Virus record (IMG/VR): IMGVR_UViG_3300044783_000109
Coordinates: 1-60,216 of that record
Direction: 5' to 3' (one strand)
Source: a virus
DNA length: 60,216 nt
Part shown: one piece after another, positions 41,180 through 50,243 of the stretch
How positions within the stretch are numbered: the first letter of the stretch is position 1
How the letters are laid out: every line of letters begins with the position of its first letter
Position numbers and translations under genes: made by a program
Notes under the pieces: model-generated
The model's input: the letters and a program-made list of their open reading frames with translations, nothing else
Database searches by the model: none
What the model was told of the DNA's origin: nothing

Positions 41180-42343
41180 ATGGCCTTTGAAACAATCGTC
41201 GGAGTCGTCGAAGCCTACGTCGCCGAGGTCACGCGCGGAACGACGCCAACCACTCCAACGCTGAAGACCTTCCGCCGCACGAGCAGCGACATCGACCTTG
41301 AGAAGGACATCGTGGAGTCGCAGGAGATCCGCGCCACCCGCGGGGAGTCGGAGTGCCGGCACTCGTTCAACCGCGTGGCCGGCTCCCTTGGTTTCGAGTG
41401 GTCGCTCCAGGCGTACGACGACTTCATAGAGTACGCGCTGGGCGGCACCTGGGCGACCGTCGCGCACGCGGCGGTGAACATCCAGGCCGTGGCGTCGACG
41501 AAGAAGTTCATCCGTGCCTCGGGCAGCTGGATCGTCGATGGCTACCGCCCGGGGATGCTCGTCAACGGCGCGGGCTTCACCGCCGGCGCGAACAACGTGG
41601 CGCTCGCGCGGATCAAAACGCTGACCGCCACCGACATGGAGGTGGATGCGACGCTCGTCGACGAGGCCTCGACCTCCGGTCGGACCATCAGCGTGCCTGG
41701 CAAGTGCATCGAGGTGGCGAAGACGCTGAAGACGGTGACGCTCGAGCGCCAGTTCCAGACGCTCGCGAAGTACCAGGCGCGCCGCGGCGTCATGGTCGCC
41801 AAGTGGAACCAGACGATCAACCTCCAAACGATGGTCGGCGGCACGTTCGAGCTGCTTGGTATGTCGGCCGATCCCATCGGGTCCGCCAGCGTCTCCGGAT
41901 CTGCTCCGACCGACGCTCCGGCAAGCTCTCCGTTCGCAGCATTCGACGGCGCGCTGTTCGAGGCCGGCTCGGCCATCGGCATCATGTCGTCCCTCAACTG
42001 GACGCAGGACAACCAGGCGAGCCTCAGTGGCGTCATCGGCAGCAAGTTCTCACCCGGCATCTTCGAGAGCATTGCCAAGTTCACCGGCTCGCTCACCGCG
42101 CTCTTCGAGAGCGGCACGCTGCTGAACGAGTTCATCAACGAGGCGGCGCCAGCCCTGTGGCTGAAGCTGAATGACCCAAACGCCACGGACTACGTGAACA
42201 TCATGTTCCACCGCCTGAAGTACACGGGCGGCAAGGTCAACGTTCCTCAGCAGGGGCCGGTGGACGTCGCCCTGCCCTTCAAGTTTTTGGAGAACCCGAC
42301 GTACAAGACGGCCATCACCATTCAACGTTCGAACGCGGTGTAG
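41180..42343 (+). CDS. Major tail (tube) protein with inserted domain
   Basis: 387 aa, directly upstream of the chaperone/tape-measure set. Carries a ~52-aa module also present in the host-specificity protein. Confidence 0.6.
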   Translation: MAFETIVGVVEAYVAEVTRGTTPTTPTLKTFRRTSSDIDLEKDIVESQEIRATRGESECRHSFNRVAGSLGFEWSLQAYDDFIEYALGGTWATVAHAAVNIQAVASTKKFIRASGSWIVDGYRPGMLVNGAGFTAGANNVALARIKTLTATDMEVDATLVDEASTSGRTISVPGKCIEVAKTLKTVTLERQFQTLAKYQARRGVMVAKWNQTINLQTMVGGTFELLGMSADPIGSASVSGSAPTDAPASSPFAAFDGALFEAGSAIGIMSSLNWTQDNQASLSGVIGSKFSPGIFESIAKFTGSLTALFESGTLLNEFINEAAPALWLKLNDPNATDYVNIMFHRLKYTGGKVNVPQQGPVDVALPFKFLENPTYKTAITIQRSNAV

Positions 42344-42372
42344 TCCCGCAAGTCTACCCAAGGGAGAAACCC

Positions 42373-42786
42373 ATGCCTGACCTTTCCAAGATGGACACCG
42401 CCCGAACGGCCGAGGACGGCGCCGTCCTCGAGCCGCTTTTTGACGGGTCGAAGATCATCGACGAGACGACGAAGAAGCCGGCGTGGATCCGCCTGCGCGG
42501 CGTCGATTCGCGTGAGAGCGTGGCTGCACAGCATGCGGTCATGAATCGGCAGCTCAAAAAGCACCTCGGGCGAAAGAGCGAGGTGAAGACCACGTCGGAG
42601 GAGCTGGACGTTCAGTCGATCGACCTGCTGGCGAAGGCCACCATGTCTTGGGGCGGGTGGTACCTCGAGGGCAAGGAGTTCGTCTGCAACGTCGACAACG
42701 CGCGCCTCCTCTACACGCGCTTCCCGTGGATCCGCGAGCAGGCGCAGGAGTTCGTCAATGACCGTGCAAACTACCTGGGAAACTGA
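42373..42786 (+). CDS. Tail assembly chaperone (G-like)
   Basis: Position upstream of the tape measure. Ends with the slippery heptamer followed by TGA. Confidence 0.75.
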   Translation: MPDLSKMDTARTAEDGAVLEPLFDGSKIIDETTKKPAWIRLRGVDSRESVAAQHAVMNRQLKKHLGRKSEVKTTSEELDVQSIDLLAKATMSWGGWYLEGKEFVCNVDNARLLYTRFPWIREQAQEFVNDRANYLGN

Positions 42787-43178
42787 TCGAGGGCCTCCTC
42801 GCGTATGCCGAGGGGGTCTTTCACCTCCAGTGTCCCCTGGGCGAGGGGACGGAGGTGACGTTTGACACGCACTACAGGCAGATCGCGCATACGAAGGGGC
42901 TTGACCCGGAGGAATTCCTTGCCGAGAAGATCGGCGCGGAACTTCCAGTGGACCTCGAATGGATCTTCAGCACCTTCCTCGACCTCTCGAGCTCGCGCGG
43001 GTCGAACGGCTACACGGCCAACCGCCTCACGTATTCGGAGATTGGGGCGTGGTGCGACCTCGCGGGCATCTCGCTCGACCCGTGGGAAGTGGATGTCCTT
43101 CGCAAGCTCGACACCGTCTACATGAAGGCGTTCCATGCCGGACCTCGCAGAACTGGAACTCAGGATCAAAAGCCTTGA
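42373..43178 (+). CDS. Tail assembly chaperone GT-like fusion product (via -1 frameshift at 42777-42783)
   Basis: After slippage the reading continues GGG AAA CTG ATC GAG ... into the ORF that the track starts at 42855. That part resembles DUF1799-type chaperones (LEWIFSTFLDLSSSRGSNGY...YSEIGAWCDLAGI). Confidence 0.65.
42777..42783 (+). promoter_or_regulatory. -1 programmed ribosomal frameshift slippery site G_GGA_AAC
   Basis: X_XXY_YYZ heptamer in the correct phase, 1 nt before the G stop. The -1 frame is open from 42762 to 43178. Confidence 0.75.
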
Positions 43179-45393
43179 GGCAGAAACAGCCAGCAGGCGG
43201 CTGAAGGATCTCGAGGCGCAGAGCAAGAGAAATGAGACGGCTGCCGGCGGGCTAAGCTCTGCCTTTGGTGGGCTGGTTGGGAAGCTGAAGTCAGCCTTCG
43301 ACAGCATCTTCTCACTGAAGAGTGCGCTCATTGGGCTTACGGCTGCCCTTGGCGTGCGTCAGATTTTCAGCTTTGTGACCGGGGTGGCGGACCTGGGCGA
43401 CAAGCTGCTGAAGACCAGCCAGGAGGTTGGGCTGTCCGTGGAGTTCCTTTCGAAGCTCAGGTTTGCGGCGGAGCAGTCTGGCACGTCGCTCGAAGAGTTG
43501 TCGCAGGCGTTCGTCATCCTGCAAGACGGGCTCGCACAGTTCCGATCTACCGGGCAAGGTCCAGCCGCCGGAGCGATCGCGCGTCTGGGCGATGATTTTG
43601 AGGACGCCGTCTTGAGCGGCGAGGACCTGGAGCCGCTACTGCTCCGGCTGGTGCGGGACTTCGGGCAGGTCGAGGACGCTGCTCAGCGCATTCAAATCGT
43701 GCGCGACCTTTTCGGACGTGGTGGGGCCAAGTTCATCCAGCTCTTCGGCGAAGGCGATAAGGGGATCGAGGCGCTGCTCGGCCGGGCGAAAAGATTTGGC
43801 GACGAATGGACAGAGGAGAGCGCGCGAGCGGCCGACAACTTCAGCGACTCCCTCAACGCCATGGGCAATGCGCTCAGCGCCACGTTTGAGAACGTGCTCA
43901 AGCCGCTGTTCCAGCCGCTGGCAGACTTCTTTAACGGACTGGCGGAGCGCATAGCTGACAACCGCGACACCGTCGAGGACTTTTTCATCGGCATCCTTCG
44001 TGCGGCGGACAGATCCATCCCAGCGATTGTGGACATGTTCAATGACCTCTTCGAATCGATTAAGTCGGTCGCTCAACCATTCATCGCGCTGAGGACTTCA
44101 TTCGTAAAGTTGCAGCTTTCAGAAACACCGACTCCATTTGGCAGCGCCAAAAGAGACCTTGACGCAATCGATGCCCAGATCGGGCGCCTCAATTCCGACA
44201 TTGCCAACATCCAACGGGGCAAGCGCGGACCAGGGTTCTTTGGCGATTCTCAACCGGTGTCCGACCTGTTGTTCCCAATCGATACGAGCCCAGAGCAACT
44301 CGAAAAGCTGAAGATGCTTCGCCAGGAGCTGACCGACAAGTACGACGCGCAAATGGTGAAGGTCAGGGAGCTTAGCCAGGAGCTCATAAGCCTTCAGGCG
44401 TTAGAGCATGGCTTCAACATCCCGTCGAAGAACACCGGCCCTCTCGCTGGCGCCATCGCGGAGCTGGAGGCACAGAGTGCGGCGTTGAAGGCCGCAAGGT
44501 TCTCCGGCCCGCCACTACCTCCTGGAATTGATGGTCTTGGTCAGCCGATCGATCGGCCTGAGTTGGAAGGCGTAGGCGGGCGAGCTCCAGCCAGGAGGTT
44601 CCTCACGGCGAACGACAAGATGATTCGCGCGCTGGAGGAAGAGCGGGCTGCACTCGGGCAGACGGATGACCAGCGCGAGCTGTCGATCGCCCTTCGCAAG
44701 CTGGAGGACAACGCGACGATAAAGGAGCGCGCAAACATCGACGCGCTGAAGGAGAAGTACTCGGATCTGTTCAACTCACTGAGAGAAGCCGAGAAGCTCA
44801 GGAGCGCAGTCGTTAATAGCTTCAAAGCTATTGGCAACGCCGCAGGGCAGGCGGCGTCGGATGTTCTCTTCTTTGAGCAGTCGGTCGGGGATGCCATGAA
44901 TAGCCTCTACAGGTCACTCGCCAGCCAAGCTCTTCAAAAAGCGATTGGCGAACTGTTCGATGCCTTGGGTGATGCTGTTGGTGGTCTCTCTAAAAGCGGA
45001 GGTGGCGGCGGAGGCTCCGGCCCTGGCGGGGAGTACACCCCAGGCGATTTGGGTTACACAGCGAATGCCCGCGGGAACGTTTTTCAGAACGAGCAGGTCG
45101 TGCCCTTCGCCCTCGGCGGCTTCCCCGGAAGCGGGGTGTTCACCGCCCCCACCTACTTCCCCATGCGTGGCGGTCGGACGGGCCTCGCCGGCGAGGCGGG
45201 GCCCGAGGTGGCGATCGCTCCGCTGACCAGGACTCCCAGCGGCCGACTTGGAGTTGAGTCCGTGAAGTCGTCCGAATCGGATCGTCCAGCCATCTGGGCA
45301 CCGGTTTTCAATGTTTACGCGAATGACTATGATTCCTTCCGTCGGTCGAAGAAGCAGGTCATGCAAGACCTTAGGGATTTCGCAGGCGGGTAG
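43135..45393 (+). CDS. Tail tape-measure protein
   Basis: 752 aa, Ala/Leu/Gly-rich and helical. N-terminal region resembles the tape-measure core. C-terminal Gly-rich tract. Confidence 0.85.
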   Translation: MPDLAELELRIKSLEAETASRRLKDLEAQSKRNETAAGGLSSAFGGLVGKLKSAFDSIFSLKSALIGLTAALGVRQIFSFVTGVADLGDKLLKTSQEVGLSVEFLSKLRFAAEQSGTSLEELSQAFVILQDGLAQFRSTGQGPAAGAIARLGDDFEDAVLSGEDLEPLLLRLVRDFGQVEDAAQRIQIVRDLFGRGGAKFIQLFGEGDKGIEALLGRAKRFGDEWTEESARAADNFSDSLNAMGNALSATFENVLKPLFQPLADFFNGLAERIADNRDTVEDFFIGILRAADRSIPAIVDMFNDLFESIKSVAQPFIALRTSFVKLQLSETPTPFGSAKRDLDAIDAQIGRLNSDIANIQRGKRGPGFFGDSQPVSDLLFPIDTSPEQLEKLKMLRQELTDKYDAQMVKVRELSQELISLQALEHGFNIPSKNTGPLAGAIAELEAQSAALKAARFSGPPLPPGIDGLGQPIDRPELEGVGGRAPARRFLTANDKMIRALEEERAALGQTDDQRELSIALRKLEDNATIKERANIDALKEKYSDLFNSLREAEKLRSAVVNSFKAIGNAAGQAASDVLFFEQSVGDAMNSLYRSLASQALQKAIGELFDALGDAVGGLSKSGGGGGGSGPGGEYTPGDLGYTANARGNVFQNEQVVPFALGGFPGSGVFTAPTYFPMRGGRTGLAGEAGPEVAIAPLTRTPSGRLGVESVKSSESDRPAIWAPVFNVYANDYDSFRRSKKQVMQDLRDFAGG

Positions 45394-45405
45394 CCAGCGC
45401 AACCA

Positions 45406-46386
45406 ATGGCAAGTTTTCACGAAGTACAGTTCCCGACAAACATAAGCTACGGATCGAGAGGTGGACCTCGATTTTCGACGGAGATCATCAAGAAGCGCAG
45501 CGGATCGGAGGAACGCGTCGCTCGCTGGGGATACCCCATGCACGTCTACAACGTGCGCTATGGGCTTCGCTCTTACGAGGACCTGCAGGCGGTCAAGGAC
45601 TTCTTCATCAAGCGCCTCGGGCCTGCCCATGGGTTTCGTTACAGGGATCCTACGGACTTCACGACCATGGCGAACCCAAGCCTACCAACGGACTTCCGCA
45701 ACGGATCAACTCCTGTCTTCAGCGACGTCGTGATTGCCAACGGGGATGGTTCGACGAAAACATTCCAGCTGCTAAAAAAGTACTCCGACGCCGTCGTCAC
45801 GCGCACGCGGAATATCTACAAGCCGGTCACCGGAACGGTCAAGAGCGGAGTCAACGGGGCGGAGAAGGCCATCACGACCGACTGGACTGTGGATGTGACG
45901 ACTGGGCTACTCACGTATGGGACAGCCCCTCCAAATGGCCAGAGTGTGACCGCCGGTTTCGAGTTTGATGTCCCGGTCCGTTTCGACGACTCCCTGGACG
46001 AGGGCATGATCCTCAACCTCCAGCAATTTGCAGCAGGCGATTTTCCTGATCTTCCACTTGTCGAGGAGTTCGCTCCGAGCGTGACGTCCGACGAGTACTT
46101 CTATGGAGGGGCAGCCGACCTTGCGTTCTCGGTAGACATAACAATCTCTTCGCTCACTGGGAGGTTTGTGCGGCTGAATCCTGCCGGTCCATCCTTGTCG
46201 GTCAAGCTTCCGGATGCCATTGATCTTGAGGATGGAGGTACGTGGTTCTTCCTCGCCAATATCTCAAGCAACGCCTTGGCGATCAAGAACAGCGGGGGCA
46301 CGACCGTCTTCACGCTGAATGCGAATACCGGAGCGGAGCTTCTCCTCGGAACGTTTGGCGGGGTGAAGACCTGGTATGGATTCTGA
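45406..46386 (+). CDS. Distal tail protein, DUF2460 / RcGTA g12-like, with extra C-terminal domain
   Basis: MASFHEVQFPTNISYGSRGGPRFSTEII...RWGYPMHVYNVRYGLRS matches the DUF2460 N-terminus. Confidence 0.8.
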   Translation: MASFHEVQFPTNISYGSRGGPRFSTEIIKKRSGSEERVARWGYPMHVYNVRYGLRSYEDLQAVKDFFIKRLGPAHGFRYRDPTDFTTMANPSLPTDFRNGSTPVFSDVVIANGDGSTKTFQLLKKYSDAVVTRTRNIYKPVTGTVKSGVNGAEKAITTDWTVDVTTGLLTYGTAPPNGQSVTAGFEFDVPVRFDDSLDEGMILNLQQFAAGDFPDLPLVEEFAPSVTSDEYFYGGAADLAFSVDITISSLTGRFVRLNPAGPSLSVKLPDAIDLEDGGTWFFLANISSNALAIKNSGGTTVFTLNANTGAELLLGTFGGVKTWYGF

Positions 46387-46627
46387 GCAGCCCCTCCTAC
46401 TCAAGAAGGCAGAGGTTCACCCGCGGCTGGAGCCTGGAACCTGGGGCTACGTGAGGCGCGACCGCGCCAGCGAGGCGGTCATGAGCTGCCCAGTGTGCGG
46501 CAAATGCTCTCACATCCGTGACCATCGGGTCTCAGGCGATGGATCGGTCACGCCGTCGATTCGCTGCCCGCACGCTGGCTGCGCGTTCGATGCGCACGTC
46601 CGCCTGGACGACTGGGGGCCCGGATGA
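46376..46627 (+). CDS. Small zinc-ribbon protein (83 aa)
   Basis: CPVCG ... H ... PSIRCPH-GC-F-AH ... W pattern. Confidence 0.55.
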   Translation: MDSEQPLLLKKAEVHPRLEPGTWGYVRRDRASEAVMSCPVCGKCSHIRDHRVSGDGSVTPSIRCPHAGCAFDAHVRLDDWGPG

Positions 46628-46956
46628 TCACGCGCGCAAAGTTTATGGGGGGCGCGCAAGACCTGACACCTGGGGCTGACTTTTTTCTCGTGCCTGAGGC
46701 TGGGAAATTCGCTCGCGTGACTCAAAGTGTCGCGTCCGTGAAGGCGAAGCTGCCGCCGGCGACAGGCTACCCACAGAAGGGCGGATCCATCGCGTTCGTC
46801 TTCAACAATCACGCAACCAATACGCTCACACTGGCGGACAACGGCGGGAACGTGATCGCGAGTCTGACGCCTGGGCAAATGGCAATCGTGCTGCTCTACG
46901 GGAACACGACCGCCAACGGCTTGTGGTCGGTCATCATCAGGAACAAAAAGACGTGA
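46624..46956 (+). CDS. Hypothetical protein (110 aa), homologous to the C-terminal domain of the DUF2460 protein
   Basis: FARVTQSVASVKAKLP...GGSIAFVFNNHATNTLTLADNGGNVI aligns with FVRLNPAGPSLSVKLP...GGTWFFLANISSNALAIKNSGGTTV. Confidence 0.6.
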   Translation: MITRAKFMGGAQDLTPGADFFLVPEAGKFARVTQSVASVKAKLPPATGYPQKGGSIAFVFNNHATNTLTLADNGGNVIASLTPGQMAIVLLYGNTTANGLWSVIIRNKKT

Positions 46957-49793
46957 TCATCGCCGAGTTCAACTCATTCGATCACGTGTCGGCCGGCACG
47001 TTCGCAGATCAATTAGGCTTCCAGCAGTACGGCCTGGAATTCCCAACCACGAGCGGCTGGACGGGCACGGTCACGATGGTCACCGGCTGGGACGGAACTG
47101 GCCAAGCGATCAGCGCGCCTGCCGGGGTGCTGTACACGATCCCAAGCTCCGGTGGGATAACCCTCAACACGTTCGATGTCGCAATCGTGCGGGTCCGCTT
47201 CAAGCCCCTCTCCCTGGCTTCGGAGCGGACCATTCTTTCCATTCGAAACGGTGGGGTGGACGAGATCCACCTCATGCTCACGACTGGTGGATTCCTCAAG
47301 GTTGACCCTGGCGACGAATCGACCGCTGGGCCATGGACCTCTGCGAAGCACACGGCTCTTGTTGTCGGCACTTGGTACAACATCGAGTTTGGGGTTTATG
47401 TCCACGATACGGCCGGGCAGGTGCGCGTCCGCCTCAACGGCATCTTTGTTTCTGACCTGAAGCTCGACAACGTCGATACGCACGGAGCCGCTCCTTCTCC
47501 GGCTACGACCAAGTTCAACCGCATTCGCATCGACAATGCAGATGGGGTCTACGACGACTTCTATCTGAAGCTCGGAAACGGCAGCCTCCTCGAGGAGGAG
47601 TTCCTCACGACCAAGAGCGGAAATCCGAAAGTTCTGACGCTCTTCCCGATCGGGCCCGGAACTTACGAGGAGTGGTCTGGAACTGGCGGGGCAGGCACGC
47701 ACTTCCAAGACATCGACGACGTGACGGCCGACGGCGACACGACAGTTTTGACAACTGGAAGTAAAGGCGCCAGGGAGTCGTGGAGGTTCCAGGGACTGGT
47801 TGCTCCGGGCTCGATCACGACCACACCGACGACGCCTCAGCAGCCTGGGCAAACAGCGCCAGGAAATTTCTCTTCGGATCTTTGGGAGACGACGTTCCAG
47901 GCGCTGCCAGTCCACCAGCAGGGGCAGTACCACATGGACATCGACGACGACTTCAGCCTGCTCTCCCCTGGCAGGCTTCAGGCTGACCTGACGGTTACTG
48001 GACCGGGCGGGCGCAAGCGCACAGAAATCGGTCTGTGGGATCCGGCTGAGTCCTCGGAGATTCTCCTCAAGGATCCAGTCGGCTCTACGCGATGGTACTC
48101 ATGGGGTTTCGAGCTGCCTTCCAATTGGGTGCAGTCGGTCCACAAATCGGTGATCACGCAGTGGTACGAAAGTCAGGATCCGCCAGTTCTCAATCCTCCG
48201 ATGTCACTTGAGGTTGTCAGGACAGAGATCAGGGTTGTCCAAAGCCTTCTGACCGGCCGGCGCATTTTGGCCAGAATTCCGGATGTAATTGGCAAGACCC
48301 ATCGCTTCGAGGTGAAGGCCAAGTGGTCGAACACCACCTCTGGCTACTTCTTGATGTGGCACAACGGCGTGCAGATCATCAATCAGCAGAACTTTGCGAA
48401 CGTGAATCACCCATCGCCCGGCGTGTTCTTCAAGATGGGTGTGTATCTGCCGGGCGTGCCGAACGGTAATTACCCAGTCGGCTTCAACCGGAAGATCATC
48501 CTCAACTACTACTTCCGCGGGTCGAAGCAAGCCGACAGCGCCGACCAGGTGGCGGACGTTGCTGTTCAAGCTCCTCCGGTCACAGCGTCCCTGCCAACAC
48601 AGGTTCCGATTGTCCTCTCGGGGATTCTCGCTGTCGGCACCGTCTACTACGCACGGAACAACGTTAGTGCGGAGAAGATCCGCCACTTCTTCCGCATCAA
48701 CGCAGTGGACTATTACCACTCGGCAGCCCCGGTGGAAGTCCAGATAAATTACAAGTACGAGAATAAGCTGTGGATTCTTTCTCCATCCACAGGCCAACAA
48801 TGGTCTGCGCAGGAGCTGAACACAGCAGAGGCTGGGCTCTCGCGCTATACCGATGGCAATAGCGATCACGTGAGGATTTCTCAAGGCGTGGTTCTGGCCA
48901 TGGTGATCGACGCGAAGGATCCAGAAGTCGACAGCCCGGAGGATGCGGATCTGCCTGGGGCGATATCGCTTCTCACGCAGAAGACGCACCGCCTGGCCAG
49001 CCTTTGGAAGATCCAACGCGAGGACGGCAAGGTCTTCAGGTTTGCCGATCACAACGCACAGATCATTTTCGACGGAGCCACGTACAAGCCGGCTGGCGGA
49101 TTCGACGCTTCGGCGCGCCGAAAAGAAAGTGGGTTGCGTGTCGCCAACCTGGAGATCAGGGGCGCGCTCACGTCGGATGACATCACCGTCAATGACTTAC
49201 GGGCTGGGCGGTACAGAAATGCGAAGATCACTGAGTACCTCGTTGATTGGAAGTATCCGTGGGCAGGGTCGATGGAGACTTCGGTCTACTGGATTGCCGA
49301 TGTGAAGTTCAGCGGATCGGGCTTCATCGTGCAGCTCGCAGGAACGCCGCAAAGGCTGCGCGTTGGGGTTGGGAGCTACTACTCGCGATCTTGTCGCTAC
49401 GACCTTGGAAACGCACGGTGCAAGGTCAATCTTTTTGCACTGACGCTGTTTAACTGCGAAGTCGTTACTGTTGTCGACCAAAGGAACTTTACCGCGACGC
49501 ACCCTGCGCTTGCGGGTCTCCCTGACGACTGGTTCAATTTTGGGCGGCTGGTCTTCACCTCTGGTGACAACATAAATCTCGTGTCGGACGTCAAGGGATT
49601 CTTGACGGCTACGAGTCAGTTCGAAATCCAGCTCGAAGCTCACTTCACAATTGCTCCTGGCGTCTTCTTCAACGTCGAGCCTGGATGCAACAAGCTGTTC
49701 ACAGGCGACTGCACGACAAAATACAACAACAGAATAAATTTCGGCGGCTTTCCCTTCCTGCCAGGGAGTGACCGAGTGCTGAAAACACCATGA
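46953..49793 (+). CDS. Tail hub protein: LamG-like + polysaccharide-lyase-like domains fused to a DUF2163/BR0599 (RcGTA g13-like) C-terminal region
   Basis: GTGA-coupled GTG (track start 46923). LamG-like: VGTWYNIEFGVYVH...VRVRLNG. Lyase-like: RKRTE...ITQWYES...PP...HRFEV...MWHNG...FFKMGVY. C-terminal: LASLWKIQREDGKVFRF-DHN...GGFPFLPG. Confidence 0.75.
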   Translation: MIIAEFNSFDHVSAGTFADQLGFQQYGLEFPTTSGWTGTVTMVTGWDGTGQAISAPAGVLYTIPSSGGITLNTFDVAIVRVRFKPLSLASERTILSIRNGGVDEIHLMLTTGGFLKVDPGDESTAGPWTSAKHTALVVGTWYNIEFGVYVHDTAGQVRVRLNGIFVSDLKLDNVDTHGAAPSPATTKFNRIRIDNADGVYDDFYLKLGNGSLLEEEFLTTKSGNPKVLTLFPIGPGTYEEWSGTGGAGTHFQDIDDVTADGDTTVLTTGSKGARESWRFQGLVAPGSITTTPTTPQQPGQTAPGNFSSDLWETTFQALPVHQQGQYHMDIDDDFSLLSPGRLQADLTVTGPGGRKRTEIGLWDPAESSEILLKDPVGSTRWYSWGFELPSNWVQSVHKSVITQWYESQDPPVLNPPMSLEVVRTEIRVVQSLLTGRRILARIPDVIGKTHRFEVKAKWSNTTSGYFLMWHNGVQIINQQNFANVNHPSPGVFFKMGVYLPGVPNGNYPVGFNRKIILNYYFRGSKQADSADQVADVAVQAPPVTASLPTQVPIVLSGILAVGTVYYARNNVSAEKIRHFFRINAVDYYHSAAPVEVQINYKYENKLWILSPSTGQQWSAQELNTAEAGLSRYTDGNSDHVRISQGVVLAMVIDAKDPEVDSPEDADLPGAISLLTQKTHRLASLWKIQREDGKVFRFADHNAQIIFDGATYKPAGGFDASARRKESGLRVANLEIRGALTSDDITVNDLRAGRYRNAKITEYLVDWKYPWAGSMETSVYWIADVKFSGSGFIVQLAGTPQRLRVGVGSYYSRSCRYDLGNARCKVNLFALTLFNCEVVTVVDQRNFTATHPALAGLPDDWFNFGRLVFTSGDNINLVSDVKGFLTATSQFEIQLEAHFTIAPGVFFNVEPGCNKLFTGDCTTKYNNRINFGGFPFLPGSDRVLKTP

Positions 49794-50242
49794 GCGACGT
49801 AGCTTCAGTGGATATCGACGTTAGGGCAAGGATCGTCCAGGCGGCTCGAAGTCTCATCGGAGTCAAGTACGTCCATCAGGGGCGATCGCGCTTCGGTATC
49901 GACTGCGCCGGCGTCGTGGTCCACGCTGGGGCGGCTACCGGAATCCCAATCGAAGACCACACTGTCTACCCTGGAGGGCTCAACCTCAATCTCATGCTCG
50001 AGTACCTGAGCAAGAACGCAATCAAAACGATGGGCAAGTGCGTTCCGGCCGTGTCGATCCCTCGTGGCAGCATAGTCCTGTTCCTCCATCCACGCATTCA
50101 ACTCTGCCACGTTGGGATTAAAACTGAAGGCGCGTCCATGGTCCACTCCTGGAAATCGACGGGGAAGGTGACCGAAACGCCAATCGATTCACGTTGGCAT
50201 CGGGTCCTCGAGAGCGTGTGGGATTTCAAGGGGGTCTCGTAG
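49790..50242 (+). CDS. NlpC/P60-family peptidase (RcGTA g14-like)
   Basis: GIDCAGVVVHA (catalytic Cys) and LCHVGI (His). Confidence 0.8.
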   Translation: MSDVASVDIDVRARIVQAARSLIGVKYVHQGRSRFGIDCAGVVVHAGAATGIPIEDHTVYPGGLNLNLMLEYLSKNAIKTMGKCVPAVSIPRGSIVLFLHPRIQLCHVGIKTEGASMVHSWKSTGKVTETPIDSRWHRVLESVWDFKGVS

Positions 50243-50243
50243 C

